A program made the position numbers and the translations under genes. Shown piece after piece: positions 38,409 to 46,660 of a DNA stretch of 64,000 bases. The number at the start of each line of letters is the position of its first letter. Positions within the stretch are counted from its first letter, which is position 1. Source of the stretch: Burkholderiales bacterium (GTDB taxonomy: Bacteria > Pseudomonadota > Gammaproteobacteria > Burkholderiales > Burkholderiaceae_C); the NCBI GenBank assembly GCA_031380885.1, contig JANMXL010000064.1, positions 5,842 through 69,841 of the forward strand. The letters run 5' to 3'. Below the pieces are notes generated by a model. That model did no database searches and had not been told where the DNA came from. It was given only the letters and a program-made list of their open reading frames with translations.

Positions 38409-40454
38409 TCAGCCGGCGCCGCTGACGCGGTGCTGCCAAGCGGCGAGCCTGTCGATCAGCGCCTGCGGATCGACAGGCTTGGTGTAGTGGTGGTCGAAGC
38501 CTGCGGCCTGCGAGCGGCGCTGGTCTTCTTGCTGCCCCCAACCGGTGAGCGCCACGATCAGCATGTCGGCGCCCCACGGTTCGCGGCGCAGGCGGCGTGC
38601 CACCTCGTGGCCGTCGAGCCCCGGCATGCCGATGTCGAGCAGCGCCACCTGCGGGCGCACCTGCGAGGCCAGCGCCAGCGCGCTCGGGCCATCGCTGGCC
38701 ACATGCACCGTGTGGTGCTCCAGGCCCAGCAGCATCGCCAGGCTGTCGGCCGCATCCTGGTTGTCGTCGGCAATCAGGATCGACAGTGCAGCCTTCGGTT
38801 CTGTCGTGCTGCCAGTGTGCTGTGGCGCCGCCACGTCGAGCGGCACGGGCTTCGATCCGGTGAGCCTGACAGGCAGCAGCAGGCTGAAGGTGCTGCCGCA
38901 GCTAAGCCCGGCGCTCGCCGCGACCAGGCGCCCGCAGTGCAATTCGACCAGGCCGCGTGACAGTGCCAGCCCGATGCCCAAGCCGCCGTGCGCGTGGTGG
39001 CTGGCGTTTCGCAACGGCGAAAACATGTCGAACACATAGGGCAGCTGTTCGGGCGTAATGCCGACGCCGTTGTCGCTGATGGCGATCGCCAGGGTGTCGG
39101 CATCGACCTGCGCGGTGATGCCGATGCGGCCACCAGGCTCGGTGTACTTCGCGGCGTTGAGCAGCAGGTTGGCCAGCACTTGCGACAGGCGCACCTCGTC
39201 GACCTCGACATCGATCGACGGCAAGTCGATGTGCAGCGTGTGGCGCTTCTCGTCGAGCAGGGGCCGGGCGGTCTCGATGGCCGTCTGCACCACCTCACGC
39301 AGAGGCTGCTCACGCAGGCTCAGCTCCAGCCGACCGGCCGAGATGCGCGAGATGTCCAGCAGGTCGTCGAGCAGCCAAGCCATGTGCCGGACCTGCCGGT
39401 TGATGATGTCCCGGCTGGCAGCCAGTTCGTCGGGGGTCAGGCCCGGGTGGCCGAGCACCGAAGCCGCGCTGCGGATCGGCGCCAGCGGGTTGCGCAGCTC
39501 GTGCGCAAGGATCGCCAGGAATTCGTCCTTGCGTCGATCGGCTTCGCGCAGCGCTTCAGACGCTTGCCGCGCCTCGGTCACGTCGATGTGCACACCGACC
39601 CATTCGCGCACCGACCCGTCGATGTCCAACACCGGCACCGCGCGCACCGCATAGCGCCGCCAGCTGCCATCGAGGCTGCACACGCGGTGCTCCCATTCGA
39701 AGTTTCGCTGCTGGGCCACGGCCTGCTTCCAGGCTGCCAGCGTCGGTGCTGCGTCGTCAGGATGGACGGCGGCCGCCCAGCCATGGCCCTGGTACTGCGC
39801 CAGCGTCTGTCCACTGATGGCCGCCCAGCCGGGCTGCTCGCCGACCATTTCACCCTGCGCGGTGTTGGTCCACATCAGGCCAACGGCGCGCACGGCAGCC
39901 TTGAAGCGCTCCTCGCTCAGGCGGCGGGACGATTCGGCCAGCTGCAGCCGGGCCTGGGCCTCGTCACGCAGGCGTTGCTCGATGCGCAGCGTGGCGCAGA
40001 TGCAGAACAGGCCGACCACCGCGCCAGCGTCGTCGCGCACCGGGTGGTAGCTGAAGGAAAAACGGGTTTCAACCGGCACGCCGTCGCGCTGCACCGTCAA
40101 CCGCAGGTCGTCGATCTGCACGCTGTGACCGGCATCGACCCGGTCGAACAGCGGGCTGATGATCTGCCAAAGCTCGGGCCAAACCTGCCGCATCGGCTGA
40201 CCGAGCGCTGCCGGATGACGCGTGCCGAGGATCGGTGCGTAGGCGTCGTTGTAGAAAAAAATCCGCTGCGGGCCCCATGCGACGAACATCGCTTCGCTGG
40301 CGCCGAGGATCAGGCCGGTCAACAGCCGCAATTCGGCCGGCCAGTCGGCGGGCGCACCGAGCGCCGCGACGGCGGCGCTGTCGACACCGTCGCGCAGCAG
40401 CCGTGCCGAGGCCCCGGGGTGATCGAGGAACGCAGGCGTTGGCGAGACGGGCAT
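38409..40454 (-). CDS. PAS-domain hybrid sensor histidine kinase/response regulator (cytoplasmic)
   Basis: Two PAS-like regions, H-box 'AHELRNPL', ATPase 'GGLGIGL', REC 'ILIADDNQD...DIGMPGLDG'. Start at 'MPVSPTPAF'. Confidence 0.9.
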   Translation of the reverse strand: MPVSPTPAFLDHPGASARLLRDGVDSAAVAALGAPADWPAELRLLTGLILGASEAMFVAWGPQRIFFYNDAYAPILGTRHPAALGQPMRQVWPELWQIISPLFDRVDAGHSVQIDDLRLTVQRDGVPVETRFSFSYHPVRDDAGAVVGLFCICATLRIEQRLRDEAQARLQLAESSRRLSEERFKAAVRAVGLMWTNTAQGEMVGEQPGWAAISGQTLAQYQGHGWAAAVHPDDAAPTLAAWKQAVAQQRNFEWEHRVCSLDGSWRRYAVRAVPVLDIDGSVREWVGVHIDVTEARQASEALREADRRKDEFLAILAHELRNPLAPIRSAASVLGHPGLTPDELAASRDIINRQVRHMAWLLDDLLDISRISAGRLELSLREQPLREVVQTAIETARPLLDEKRHTLHIDLPSIDVEVDEVRLSQVLANLLLNAAKYTEPGGRIGITAQVDADTLAIAISDNGVGITPEQLPYVFDMFSPLRNASHHAHGGLGIGLALSRGLVELHCGRLVAASAGLSCGSTFSLLLPVRLTGSKPVPLDVAAPQHTGSTTEPKAALSILIADDNQDAADSLAMLLGLEHHTVHVASDGPSALALASQVRPQVALLDIGMPGLDGHEVARRLRREPWGADMLIVALTGWGQQEDQRRSQAAGFDHHYTKPVDPQALIDRLAAWQHRVSGAG

Positions 40455-40519
40455 GCCCGATGGTATGCGCCGCTCATATTCGACCGCAAGTTGATGCGAA
40501 GGCAAATTGGCGTCGGTCC

Positions 40520-40533
40520 GGCACGCCGTTTGC
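40520..40533 (+). promoter_or_regulatory. putative sigma-54 promoter core GGCACgccgtTTGC, upstream of the Crp/Fnr-family gene
   Basis: Canonical GGCAC-N5-TTGC, 51 nt upstream of ATG 40584. Confidence 0.55.
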
Positions 40534-40583
40534 CGATGGGTGGCATGAAATGCCTTTGCGAATCTCCTCCTCGACGCTTTGCG

Positions 40584-41336
40584 ATGCCGATCCCGATGCC
40601 GCTGCACAGCGCGGCGCTGGACATCAGCCAGAGTGCCCACAGGAACGGCCTGCTGGCGCGGTTGCCCGAGGCGGCGTGGCAGCGCTGGCTGCCACAGCTC
40701 GAATGGGTCGACCTGCCGCAGGGCCACGTGCTGCATGAATCGGGCACGTCGCTCGCGCACGCCTACTTCCCGACCACCGCCATCGTGTCGCTGCTCAATG
40801 TGACGCAGGACGGCGCTTCGACTGAGATCGCTGCGGTCGGCAATGAAGGCGTGGTCGGGGTGTCACTGTTCATGGGCGGGGTGTCGGCCTGCAGCCGTGC
40901 CGTCGTTCAAAGCGCCGGCTTCGGGTTGCGGCTGAAGGCGCATGCGATGCGCGCCGAGTTCGAACGTTCCTCGGAAGTGATGCAGGTGCTTCTGCGCTAC
41001 ACCCAGGCCCTGATGACGCAGATGGGGCAGACGGCGGTGTGCAATCGCCACCACTCGATCGACCAGCAGCTGTGCCGCTGCCTCCTGCTGAACCTGGACC
41101 GGCTGGGCGGCAACGAGATCGTGATGACGCACGAGCTGATCGCAGGCACCCTGGGCGTGCGCCGCGAAGGCGTTACCGAGACGGCGCTGAAGTTGCAAGC
41201 GGCCGGATTGATCCGCTATGCGCGCGGGCACATCACCGTGCTCGACCGTGGTGGTCTGGAGCGCCGCGCCTGTGAGTGCTATTCGGTGGTGAGAAAGGAA
41301 TACGACAGCCTTCTGACCGACCAACTGGCAGCCTGA
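40584..41336 (+). CDS. Crp/Fnr-family transcriptional regulator
   Basis: cNMP-binding-like N-terminus and C-terminal HTH 'HELIAGTLGVRREGVTE'. This is the C-terminal part of an artefactually long ORF. Confidence 0.85.
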   Translation: MPIPMPLHSAALDISQSAHRNGLLARLPEAAWQRWLPQLEWVDLPQGHVLHESGTSLAHAYFPTTAIVSLLNVTQDGASTEIAAVGNEGVVGVSLFMGGVSACSRAVVQSAGFGLRLKAHAMRAEFERSSEVMQVLLRYTQALMTQMGQTAVCNRHHSIDQQLCRCLLLNLDRLGGNEIVMTHELIAGTLGVRREGVTETALKLQAAGLIRYARGHITVLDRGGLERRACECYSVVRKEYDSLLTDQLAA

Positions 41337-41495
41337 TGCCCTCCAGCCCGCCGCGTTGCATTCGGCCGCGGAACTTCGCTGCACCGCGGTGACGCCCTGG
41401 TCGGTGCCCGTCGCCCCTCTATCATTGGCGATGCTCGGGCGATGCCGCCGCCACCGCGGTTGTAGCTCAGCCTGAGATTGCCTCTTTTACCGCCC

Positions 41496-42794
41496 ATGCC
41501 GCGCCCGATCACTGCTGCTGCCTCCCGCTTTTTCACCGCCGCATGGGCCGCCCTGGCGGTTTCATTGACGGTCATCCCCGCCGCACAGGCCCAGCTTCGG
41601 GTCGAGATGTCGGGGGTCGGCGCCTCCCAGGTGCCGATTGCGGTGGTGGGCTTCCGGCATGAGGAAACCCTCGCGCAGCCGCTGTCGCAGATCGTGCGGG
41701 CCGACCTGGAGCGCAGCGGCCTGTTTCGCGCGGTCGATGCACCGGGCGTGCTCGACGAGGCCGCCCAACCGGCCATGGCCGACTGGCGGCGCCGCGCCGC
41801 CGATGCGCTGGTCGGCGGCTCGGTGACGCGGCTGGCCGACGGCCGCTACGACGTGCGCTTCAAACTGTGGGACGTGGTCAAGGGCGCTGAGCTGGGCGCA
41901 CAAAGCACGGTGGTCGCGGCCGCCGACCTGCGGCTGGCAGCGCACCGCATCGCCGACTTCATCCATGAAAAGCTGACCGGTCAGAAGGGCGTGTTCTCAA
42001 CGCGCATCGCCTACGTCACCCGGATGGGCAAGCGCTACACGCTGAACATCGCCGATGCCGATGGCGAAGGCGGGCAGATCGCCTTGAACAGCGCCGAGCC
42101 GATCATTTCGCCGGCCTGGTCACCCGATGGCCGCGAACTGGCCTATGTGTCGTTCGAGACCCAGAAGGCGGTGGTCTACGTGCAGGACGTGGCCAACGGC
42201 AAGCGGCGACCAGTCGCGAATTTTCGCGGCTCGAACAGCGCACCGGCCTGGTCGCCCGATGGCCAGACGCTGGCGGTGACCTTGTCGCGCGACGGTGGCT
42301 CGCAGATCTACCTGATGGGGCGCAACGGCGACAACGTTCGCCGGCTCACGCAAAGCATCGGCATCGACACCGAGCCGGTGTTCTCGCCCGACGGCCGCAG
42401 CATCTACTTTGTCAGCGACCGCAGTGGTGGGCCGCAGGTGTACCGCATCCCGACGGGTGGCGGCGCGGCCGAGCGGATCACCTTTGCGGGCAGTTACAAC
42501 ATCAGCCCGGCGATCAGCCCTGACGGGCGCACCCTGGCCTATGTGTCGCGCGAAGGCAATGCCTTCCGGCTGTATGTGCAGGACCTGTCCGGCGGCGCGC
42601 CGATGTCGGTCAGCAACACCACCGACGACGAGAGCCCGAGCTTTGCACCGAACGGCCGTTCGATCATCTATGCGTCGCGCGCGCAGGGCCGCGATGTGTT
42701 GCTGACCACCTCGCTGGACGGCAAGATCAGATCGCGCCTGGTGTCGTCGTCGGCCGATGTGCGCGAGCCGGTCTGGGGGCCTTACGGGCGCTGA
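41496..42794 (+). CDS. tolB: Tol-Pal system beta-propeller protein TolB
   Basis: Signal peptide and repeated 'SPDG..LAYVS' and 'SPDGR' beta-propeller motifs. Confidence 0.9.
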   Translation: MPRPITAAASRFFTAAWAALAVSLTVIPAAQAQLRVEMSGVGASQVPIAVVGFRHEETLAQPLSQIVRADLERSGLFRAVDAPGVLDEAAQPAMADWRRRAADALVGGSVTRLADGRYDVRFKLWDVVKGAELGAQSTVVAAADLRLAAHRIADFIHEKLTGQKGVFSTRIAYVTRMGKRYTLNIADADGEGGQIALNSAEPIISPAWSPDGRELAYVSFETQKAVVYVQDVANGKRRPVANFRGSNSAPAWSPDGQTLAVTLSRDGGSQIYLMGRNGDNVRRLTQSIGIDTEPVFSPDGRSIYFVSDRSGGPQVYRIPTGGGAAERITFAGSYNISPAISPDGRTLAYVSREGNAFRLYVQDLSGGAPMSVSNTTDDESPSFAPNGRSIIYASRAQGRDVLLTTSLDGKIRSRLVSSSADVREPVWGPYGR

Positions 42795-42887
42795 TGGCTG
42801 CCTCCGGTTGGCCGTCGTCGATGCGCCTACTCAGTTGTTCTGCTGTCCCGTACCACTGATAATTTGTTCACTTCACAAGGAGTCCTC

Positions 42888-43445
42888 ATGAACACGAATT
42901 CCATGCCATTTCGCCCGACTCAACGACTGCTCTGGGCTGCGCTGTGCGCTATGGCGCTGGAGGGCTGCGGTTCCAACGTGAAGCTCGACGACAAGAACGT
43001 GCCGGTGGAAACGCGCAGTGGCACCGGCGTCGACACCAGCTCGGCAGGCACGCCGCAATCGCAGGTCACCCCGGTCGATTTGACGAAAAACAGCGGTGGC
43101 ACTGGTTTGTTCGCCAGCACCGGCAAGGTGGTGTACTTCGACTTCGACAGCTACACCGTGCGCGACGACGCCCGCCCGGTGATCGACGCGAACGCCAAGG
43201 TGCTGGCGGCGAACAAGACGGCGAAACTGGCCGTCGAAGGCCACACCGACGAACGCGGCGGTCGCGAATACAACCTGTCGCTGGGTCAGAAGCGCGCTGA
43301 AGCGGTGGTGCGTGCGCTGACCCTGGCGGGTGCGACCGATGGCCAGCTGGAAGCCACCAGCTTCGGCAAGGAGCGCCCGGCCGTCGCCGGCAGCGACGAA
43401 GCGGCTTATGCGAAGAACCGCCGCGTCGAGCTGGTCGCCCGTTGA
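42888..43445 (+). CDS. pal: peptidoglycan-associated lipoprotein Pal
   Basis: Lipobox 'ALEGCGS' and OmpA-like 'EGHTDERG..YNLSLGQKRA..NRRVEL'. The start was derived by frame arithmetic from the ORF track. Confidence 0.9.
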   Translation: MNTNSMPFRPTQRLLWAALCAMALEGCGSNVKLDDKNVPVETRSGTGVDTSSAGTPQSQVTPVDLTKNSGGTGLFASTGKVVYFDFDSYTVRDDARPVIDANAKVLAANKTAKLAVEGHTDERGGREYNLSLGQKRAEAVVRALTLAGATDGQLEATSFGKERPAVAGSDEAAYAKNRRVELVAR

Positions 43446-43455
43446 GGGCGTGCCG

Positions 43456-44241
43456 ATGAGCGCCGCGCCGGTCAGGCGGAACACGGGGGTGGCGCCTTGG
43501 ACGACCGCTGCCTGTTTGGTGCTGGCGCTGTCGGCACCGGCTGCACAGGCTGGGCTGTTCGATGACGACGAGGCGCGCCGCGCGATCCTCGACCTGCGCC
43601 AGAAGATCGAGCAGAGCAACGAGCAGGCCCGTGCGGCCCAGGCCGAGCAGATTGCGCAGCTGCGTGCCAGCCTGGCCGACCTGAGTCGGCAGCTTGACCT
43701 GATGCGCACCGAAAACGCCAGCCTGCGCGGCCAGGTCGAGCAAATGGCGCGCGACGTCAGCCTGATGCAGGTCCAGATGAAAGATCTGAAGCAAGGCTAC
43801 GACGAGCGCCTCGCCCGCGTCGAGCCGCAGAAGGCCTCGGTCGATGGCCGCGAGTTCACGGCCGACGCCGAGGAAATTCGTCGATACGACGCCGCGATGG
43901 CACAGGTGCGCAGTGGTGACTTCGCCGCTGCCGCCACCTCGCTGGCGGTGTTTCGCAGCCGCTACCCGAGCAGCGGCTACGGCCAGTCGGTGCTGTTCTG
44001 GCTGGGCAATGCGCAGTACGGCAAACGCAGCTATGCCGACGCCATTTCGTCGTTCCGCAGTTTCGCCACCAGCTACCCCGGCGACCTGCGTGCGCCCGAG
44101 GCGCTGCTGGCGATCGCGAACTGCCAGTTCGAGCTGAAAGACACGAGGGCCGCGCGCCGGGCGCTTGATGAGCTGTTCAAGACCTATCCGGACTCCGAGG
44201 CAGCGCAAGCGGGCAAGGCACGTCTCGCTGCGCTGAAGTGA
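43456..44241 (+). CDS. cpoB: Tol-Pal cell-division coordinator CpoB (YbgF)
   Basis: Signal peptide, coiled coil, then C-terminal TPR 'YGQSVLFWLGNAQY'. Confidence 0.85.
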   Translation: MSAAPVRRNTGVAPWTTAACLVLALSAPAAQAGLFDDDEARRAILDLRQKIEQSNEQARAAQAEQIAQLRASLADLSRQLDLMRTENASLRGQVEQMARDVSLMQVQMKDLKQGYDERLARVEPQKASVDGREFTADAEEIRRYDAAMAQVRSGDFAAAATSLAVFRSRYPSSGYGQSVLFWLGNAQYGKRSYADAISSFRSFATSYPGDLRAPEALLAIANCQFELKDTRAARRALDELFKTYPDSEAAQAGKARLAALK

Positions 44242-45065
44242 ACGCGCCGCAGGCCATCGACGACGCGCCGGTGGCCGATCTCGAACGCCGCTTTGGCGGT
44301 CTGCGCCGGCTGCACGGCGATGCGGCCTACGACCGTTTGCGCGCGGCCCGCATCGCGGTGGTCGGCCTCGGTGGCGTGGGCTCCTGGGCTGCCGAAGCGC
44401 TGGCGCGCTGTGGCGTGGCGGAGTTGACGCTGATTGACCTGGACCATGTGTCGGAAGGCAACATCAACCGCCAGGTGCAGGCGCTAGGGTGCACGGTCGG
44501 CCAGTCCAAGGCGCTGGCGTTGTGCGAGCGCCTGGCCGACATCCATCCCGGCTGCGTGTTGCGGCCGATCGAGGAATTTGTCGAGGCGGGCAACTGGCCG
44601 GCGCTGCTGTCGCAGCCGGTCGATGCGGTGATCGACGCTTGTGACCAGGTGCGTGCCAAGGCGGTGCTCGCCGCCTGGGCGATCGGTACGGGTACCGCCT
44701 TTGTCAGCGTCGGCGCCGCCGGCGGAAAGCAACACCCGCAGGCTGTCGAGGTCAGTGATCTGACTGATGTGACGCACGATCCGTTGCTGGCCTCGCTGCG
44801 CCAGCGCCTGCGTCAGCACCATGGCGCCGCGCGCCACGGGCCCATCGGCATCCGCTGTGTCTACTCTCGTGAAGCAGTGCGTCAGCCGACCGCGTCCTGC
44901 GACACCGAAGGCAACCTGAACTGCCATGGCTACGGATCGAGCGTGACAGTGACCGCGACCTTCGGCATGGTCGCCGCAAGCGAGGTCGTGCGTGCCTGGT
45001 TGAGTCGCCAAGTGCCGCCGCTGCGCACACACGCGCCGCCAACAGGCGCGGAAGTCGGGCTATAA
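44238..45065 (+). CDS. tcdA: tRNA threonylcarbamoyladenosine dehydratase (ThiF/E1-like)
   Basis: 'VVGLGGVGSWAAEALARCGV..LIDLD' Rossmann motif. GTGA overlap with cpoB. Confidence 0.85.
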   Translation: MNAPQAIDDAPVADLERRFGGLRRLHGDAAYDRLRAARIAVVGLGGVGSWAAEALARCGVAELTLIDLDHVSEGNINRQVQALGCTVGQSKALALCERLADIHPGCVLRPIEEFVEAGNWPALLSQPVDAVIDACDQVRAKAVLAAWAIGTGTAFVSVGAAGGKQHPQAVEVSDLTDVTHDPLLASLRQRLRQHHGAARHGPIGIRCVYSREAVRQPTASCDTEGNLNCHGYGSSVTVTATFGMVAASEVVRAWLSRQVPPLRTHAPPTGAEVGL

Positions 45066-45080
45066 TTCCAGGTTGTTCCG

Positions 45081-45156
45081 GGGTTGTTAGCTCAGTTGGT
45101 AGAGCAGCGGACTTTTAATCCGTAGGTCGTGGGTTCGAGTCCCGCACAACCCACCA
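45081..45156 (+). tRNA. tRNA-Lys (anticodon UUU)
   Basis: 76 nt. Acceptor GGGTTGT/ACAACCC, D arm GCTCAGTTGGTAGAGC, anticodon loop CT-TTT-AA, T arm GTGGGTTCGAGTCCCGC, encoded CCA. Confidence 0.95.
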
Positions 45157-45194
45157 CCGGCACACATCGTTTTCATCCGAAGGCGTCAAGCTTC

Positions 45195-45270
45195 GGGCTC
45201 TTAGCTCAGTTGGTAGAGCAGCGGACTCTTAATCCGTAGGTCGAGTGTTCGAGTCACTCAGGGCCCACCA
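45195..45270 (+). tRNA. tRNA-Lys (anticodon CUU)
   Basis: 76 nt. Acceptor GGGCTCT/AGGGCCC, anticodon loop CT-CTT-AA, T arm GAGTGTTCGAGTCACTC, encoded CCA. Confidence 0.95.
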
Positions 45271-45290
45271 AAAATTAAGTGTTGAAGATC

Positions 45291-45324
45291 AACGGCCTGG
45301 CGGAAACGCTAGGCCGTTTTGTTT
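45291..45324 (+). terminator. rho-independent terminator after tRNA-Lys(CUU)
   Basis: AACGGCCTGGCG-gaaa-CGCTAGGCCGTT followed by TTGTTTGT. Confidence 0.6.
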
Positions 45325-45466
45325 GTGTCGACGACCTCGCGAGACCGCGATGTTCATGGCATCAGCACAGAATCGGCACGCGCTGAGACTGGTGCCGACA
45401 GCCACGCGCTATGGTCAACCGGCAGGTTGCGAATCGATGCAAAGAAGGCGACATTCGACGCCGAAT

Positions 45467-46069
45467 ATGCATCAATCTTTGCCCTCCCTGCTGTTCCCTG
45501 AGTACCGGCGCCGCGTGCTGGGGCTTTTGCTGCTTCGCCCAGATGAGGCTCTGCATGGGCGTGAAATCGCGCGTCGGACAGGCCTGGCCCCAGGCACCAT
45601 CACCCGCGAGCTGACGAGGCTCGCAGAAGTGGGTTTGCTCAAACGCGAGAAGCGCGGCAACCAGCAGCTGTACAGCGCCGACACCGGCGGGCCAATCTTC
45701 GCGGAACTGGCGAGCATCTTGCGCAAGACCTCCGGCATGGCCGACGTGCTCGTTCAAGCGCTCGCGCCGGTGGCTCCGAAACTTCGTCTTGCATTCGTGT
45801 TCGGCTCGACAGCACAGGGACGCGAAACTGCTGGCAGCGACATCGACCTCATGCTGATTGGCGACATCAGCTTCCGAGAGGTTGTGGCGCTTCTCTACTC
45901 CGTTCAAACGACGCTTGGCCGCGAGGTGAATCCGAAGGTGTACTCGGCCATCGAGTTTTCTTCGAAGGCATCGGTGGAGCCGTTTCTCGCCGACGTGCTG
46001 GCCAAGCCAAAAATATTCTTGATCGGGAACGCGCATGATCTTGAAGAACTTGCTGGGCGTCAGCCTTGA
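45467..46069 (+). CDS. wHTH plus minimal nucleotidyltransferase (MNT-type antitoxin-like)
   Basis: N-terminal wHTH 'GREIARRTGLAPGTITRELTRLAEVGLL' and NTase 'FGSTAQGRETAGSDIDLML'. Confidence 0.8.
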   Translation: MHQSLPSLLFPEYRRRVLGLLLLRPDEALHGREIARRTGLAPGTITRELTRLAEVGLLKREKRGNQQLYSADTGGPIFAELASILRKTSGMADVLVQALAPVAPKLRLAFVFGSTAQGRETAGSDIDLMLIGDISFREVVALLYSVQTTLGREVNPKVYSAIEFSSKASVEPFLADVLAKPKIFLIGNAHDLEELAGRQP

Positions 46070-46472
46070 CGCCGTTGCCGCCGACAAGGTGTCGGTGGGA
46101 GTGCTCGTCGCTGCCGCCGAGCGCAACATTGCCGATGCACAGCTCCAAGGGCTGAGCAGCGAGAACCGGTTCGACGCCGCACACAAAGCGATCATGCAAA
46201 TGGCGATGGTGGCCTTGAACGCGAATGGCTACCGGACGCTGAGGAGCAAACCCGGGCATCACCAGACGGCGATCTAGACGCTATCGCTCACCGTGGGTCT
46301 TCCGCAGCCGAAGGTCATCGTTGTTGATGCGCTGCGCAAACAACGCAATCTTTCGGACTACTCTGGTGATTTGGTGCCCGACGCGGCGGCGGCAGAGTGC
46401 GTAATGAGCGCGAAGGAGCTGCTGGCCCACGTCAGGTCATGGCTCAAGGCGAACAGACCCGACCTGCTTTGA
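46035..46472 (+). pseudogene. HEPN-domain toxin-like gene interrupted by an in-frame TAG (46275-46277)
   Basis: ORF 46035..46277 continues in the same frame after the TAG as 'TLSLTVGLPQPKVIVVDALRKQRNLSDYSGDLV...LKANRPDLL*' to 46472. Together they make about 145 aa with a HEPN-like 'RN..DY' motif. Confidence 0.6.
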
Positions 46473-46522
46473 TGATGGTCCAACACTGGCACAAATTTGG
46501 CTGACCGCAGGCGCTGAATTTC

Positions 46523-46569
46523 GACTCTTTATCCGTAGGTCGAGTGTTCGAGTCACTCAGGGCCCACCA
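46523..46569 (+). repeat. direct repeat of the anticodon-loop-to-CCA part of tRNA-Lys(CUU) (att-like)
   Basis: 46 of 47 nt identical to 45224..45270 at a constant offset of 1299 nt. The single mismatch is at the tRNA position 37 equivalent. Confidence 0.9.
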
Positions 46570-46577
46570 GTCAAAAC

Positions 46578-46605
46578 AACGGCTTGCCAGCAATGGCAGG
46601 CCGTT
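46578..46605 (+). terminator. hairpin terminator after the tRNA fragment
   Basis: AACGGCTTGCCA-gcaa-TGGCAGGCCGTT. The stem resembles the terminator at 45291. Confidence 0.55.
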
Positions 46606-46619
46606 TGTCATTTGTAAAA

Positions 46620-46660
46620 CGACACATGGTTTGAGGCTTCAGACCGCCTGTCGTTTTTTT
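46620..46660 (+). terminator. rho-independent terminator (compound hairpin plus T7 run)
   Basis: ACGACA..GGTTTGA-ggct-TCAGACC..TGTCG followed by TTTTTTT. Confidence 0.55.

Larger units (their letters stand above)
45271..46569 (+). mobile_element. 1.3-kb mini-island (probable remnant) inserted at the 3' end of tRNA-Lys(CUU)
   Basis: Bounded by the tRNA 3' segment 45224..45270 and its 46/47-identical copy 46523..46569. Carries only an MNT/HEPN pair. No integrase. Confidence 0.5.

Noticed and set aside
38988-40583. N-terminal 530 aa of the 782-aa plus-strand ORF 38988..41336
   Set aside because: This part is antisense to the PAS hybrid kinase. Only the last 250 aa (from ATG 40584) look like a real Crp/Fnr protein.
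46275-46277. TAG in the HEPN gene as a recoding event (readthrough or pyrrolysine)
   Set aside because: No recoding signals or pyl genes are visible, and the lineage is not known for amber recoding. A pseudogene or truncated product is the simpler explanation.
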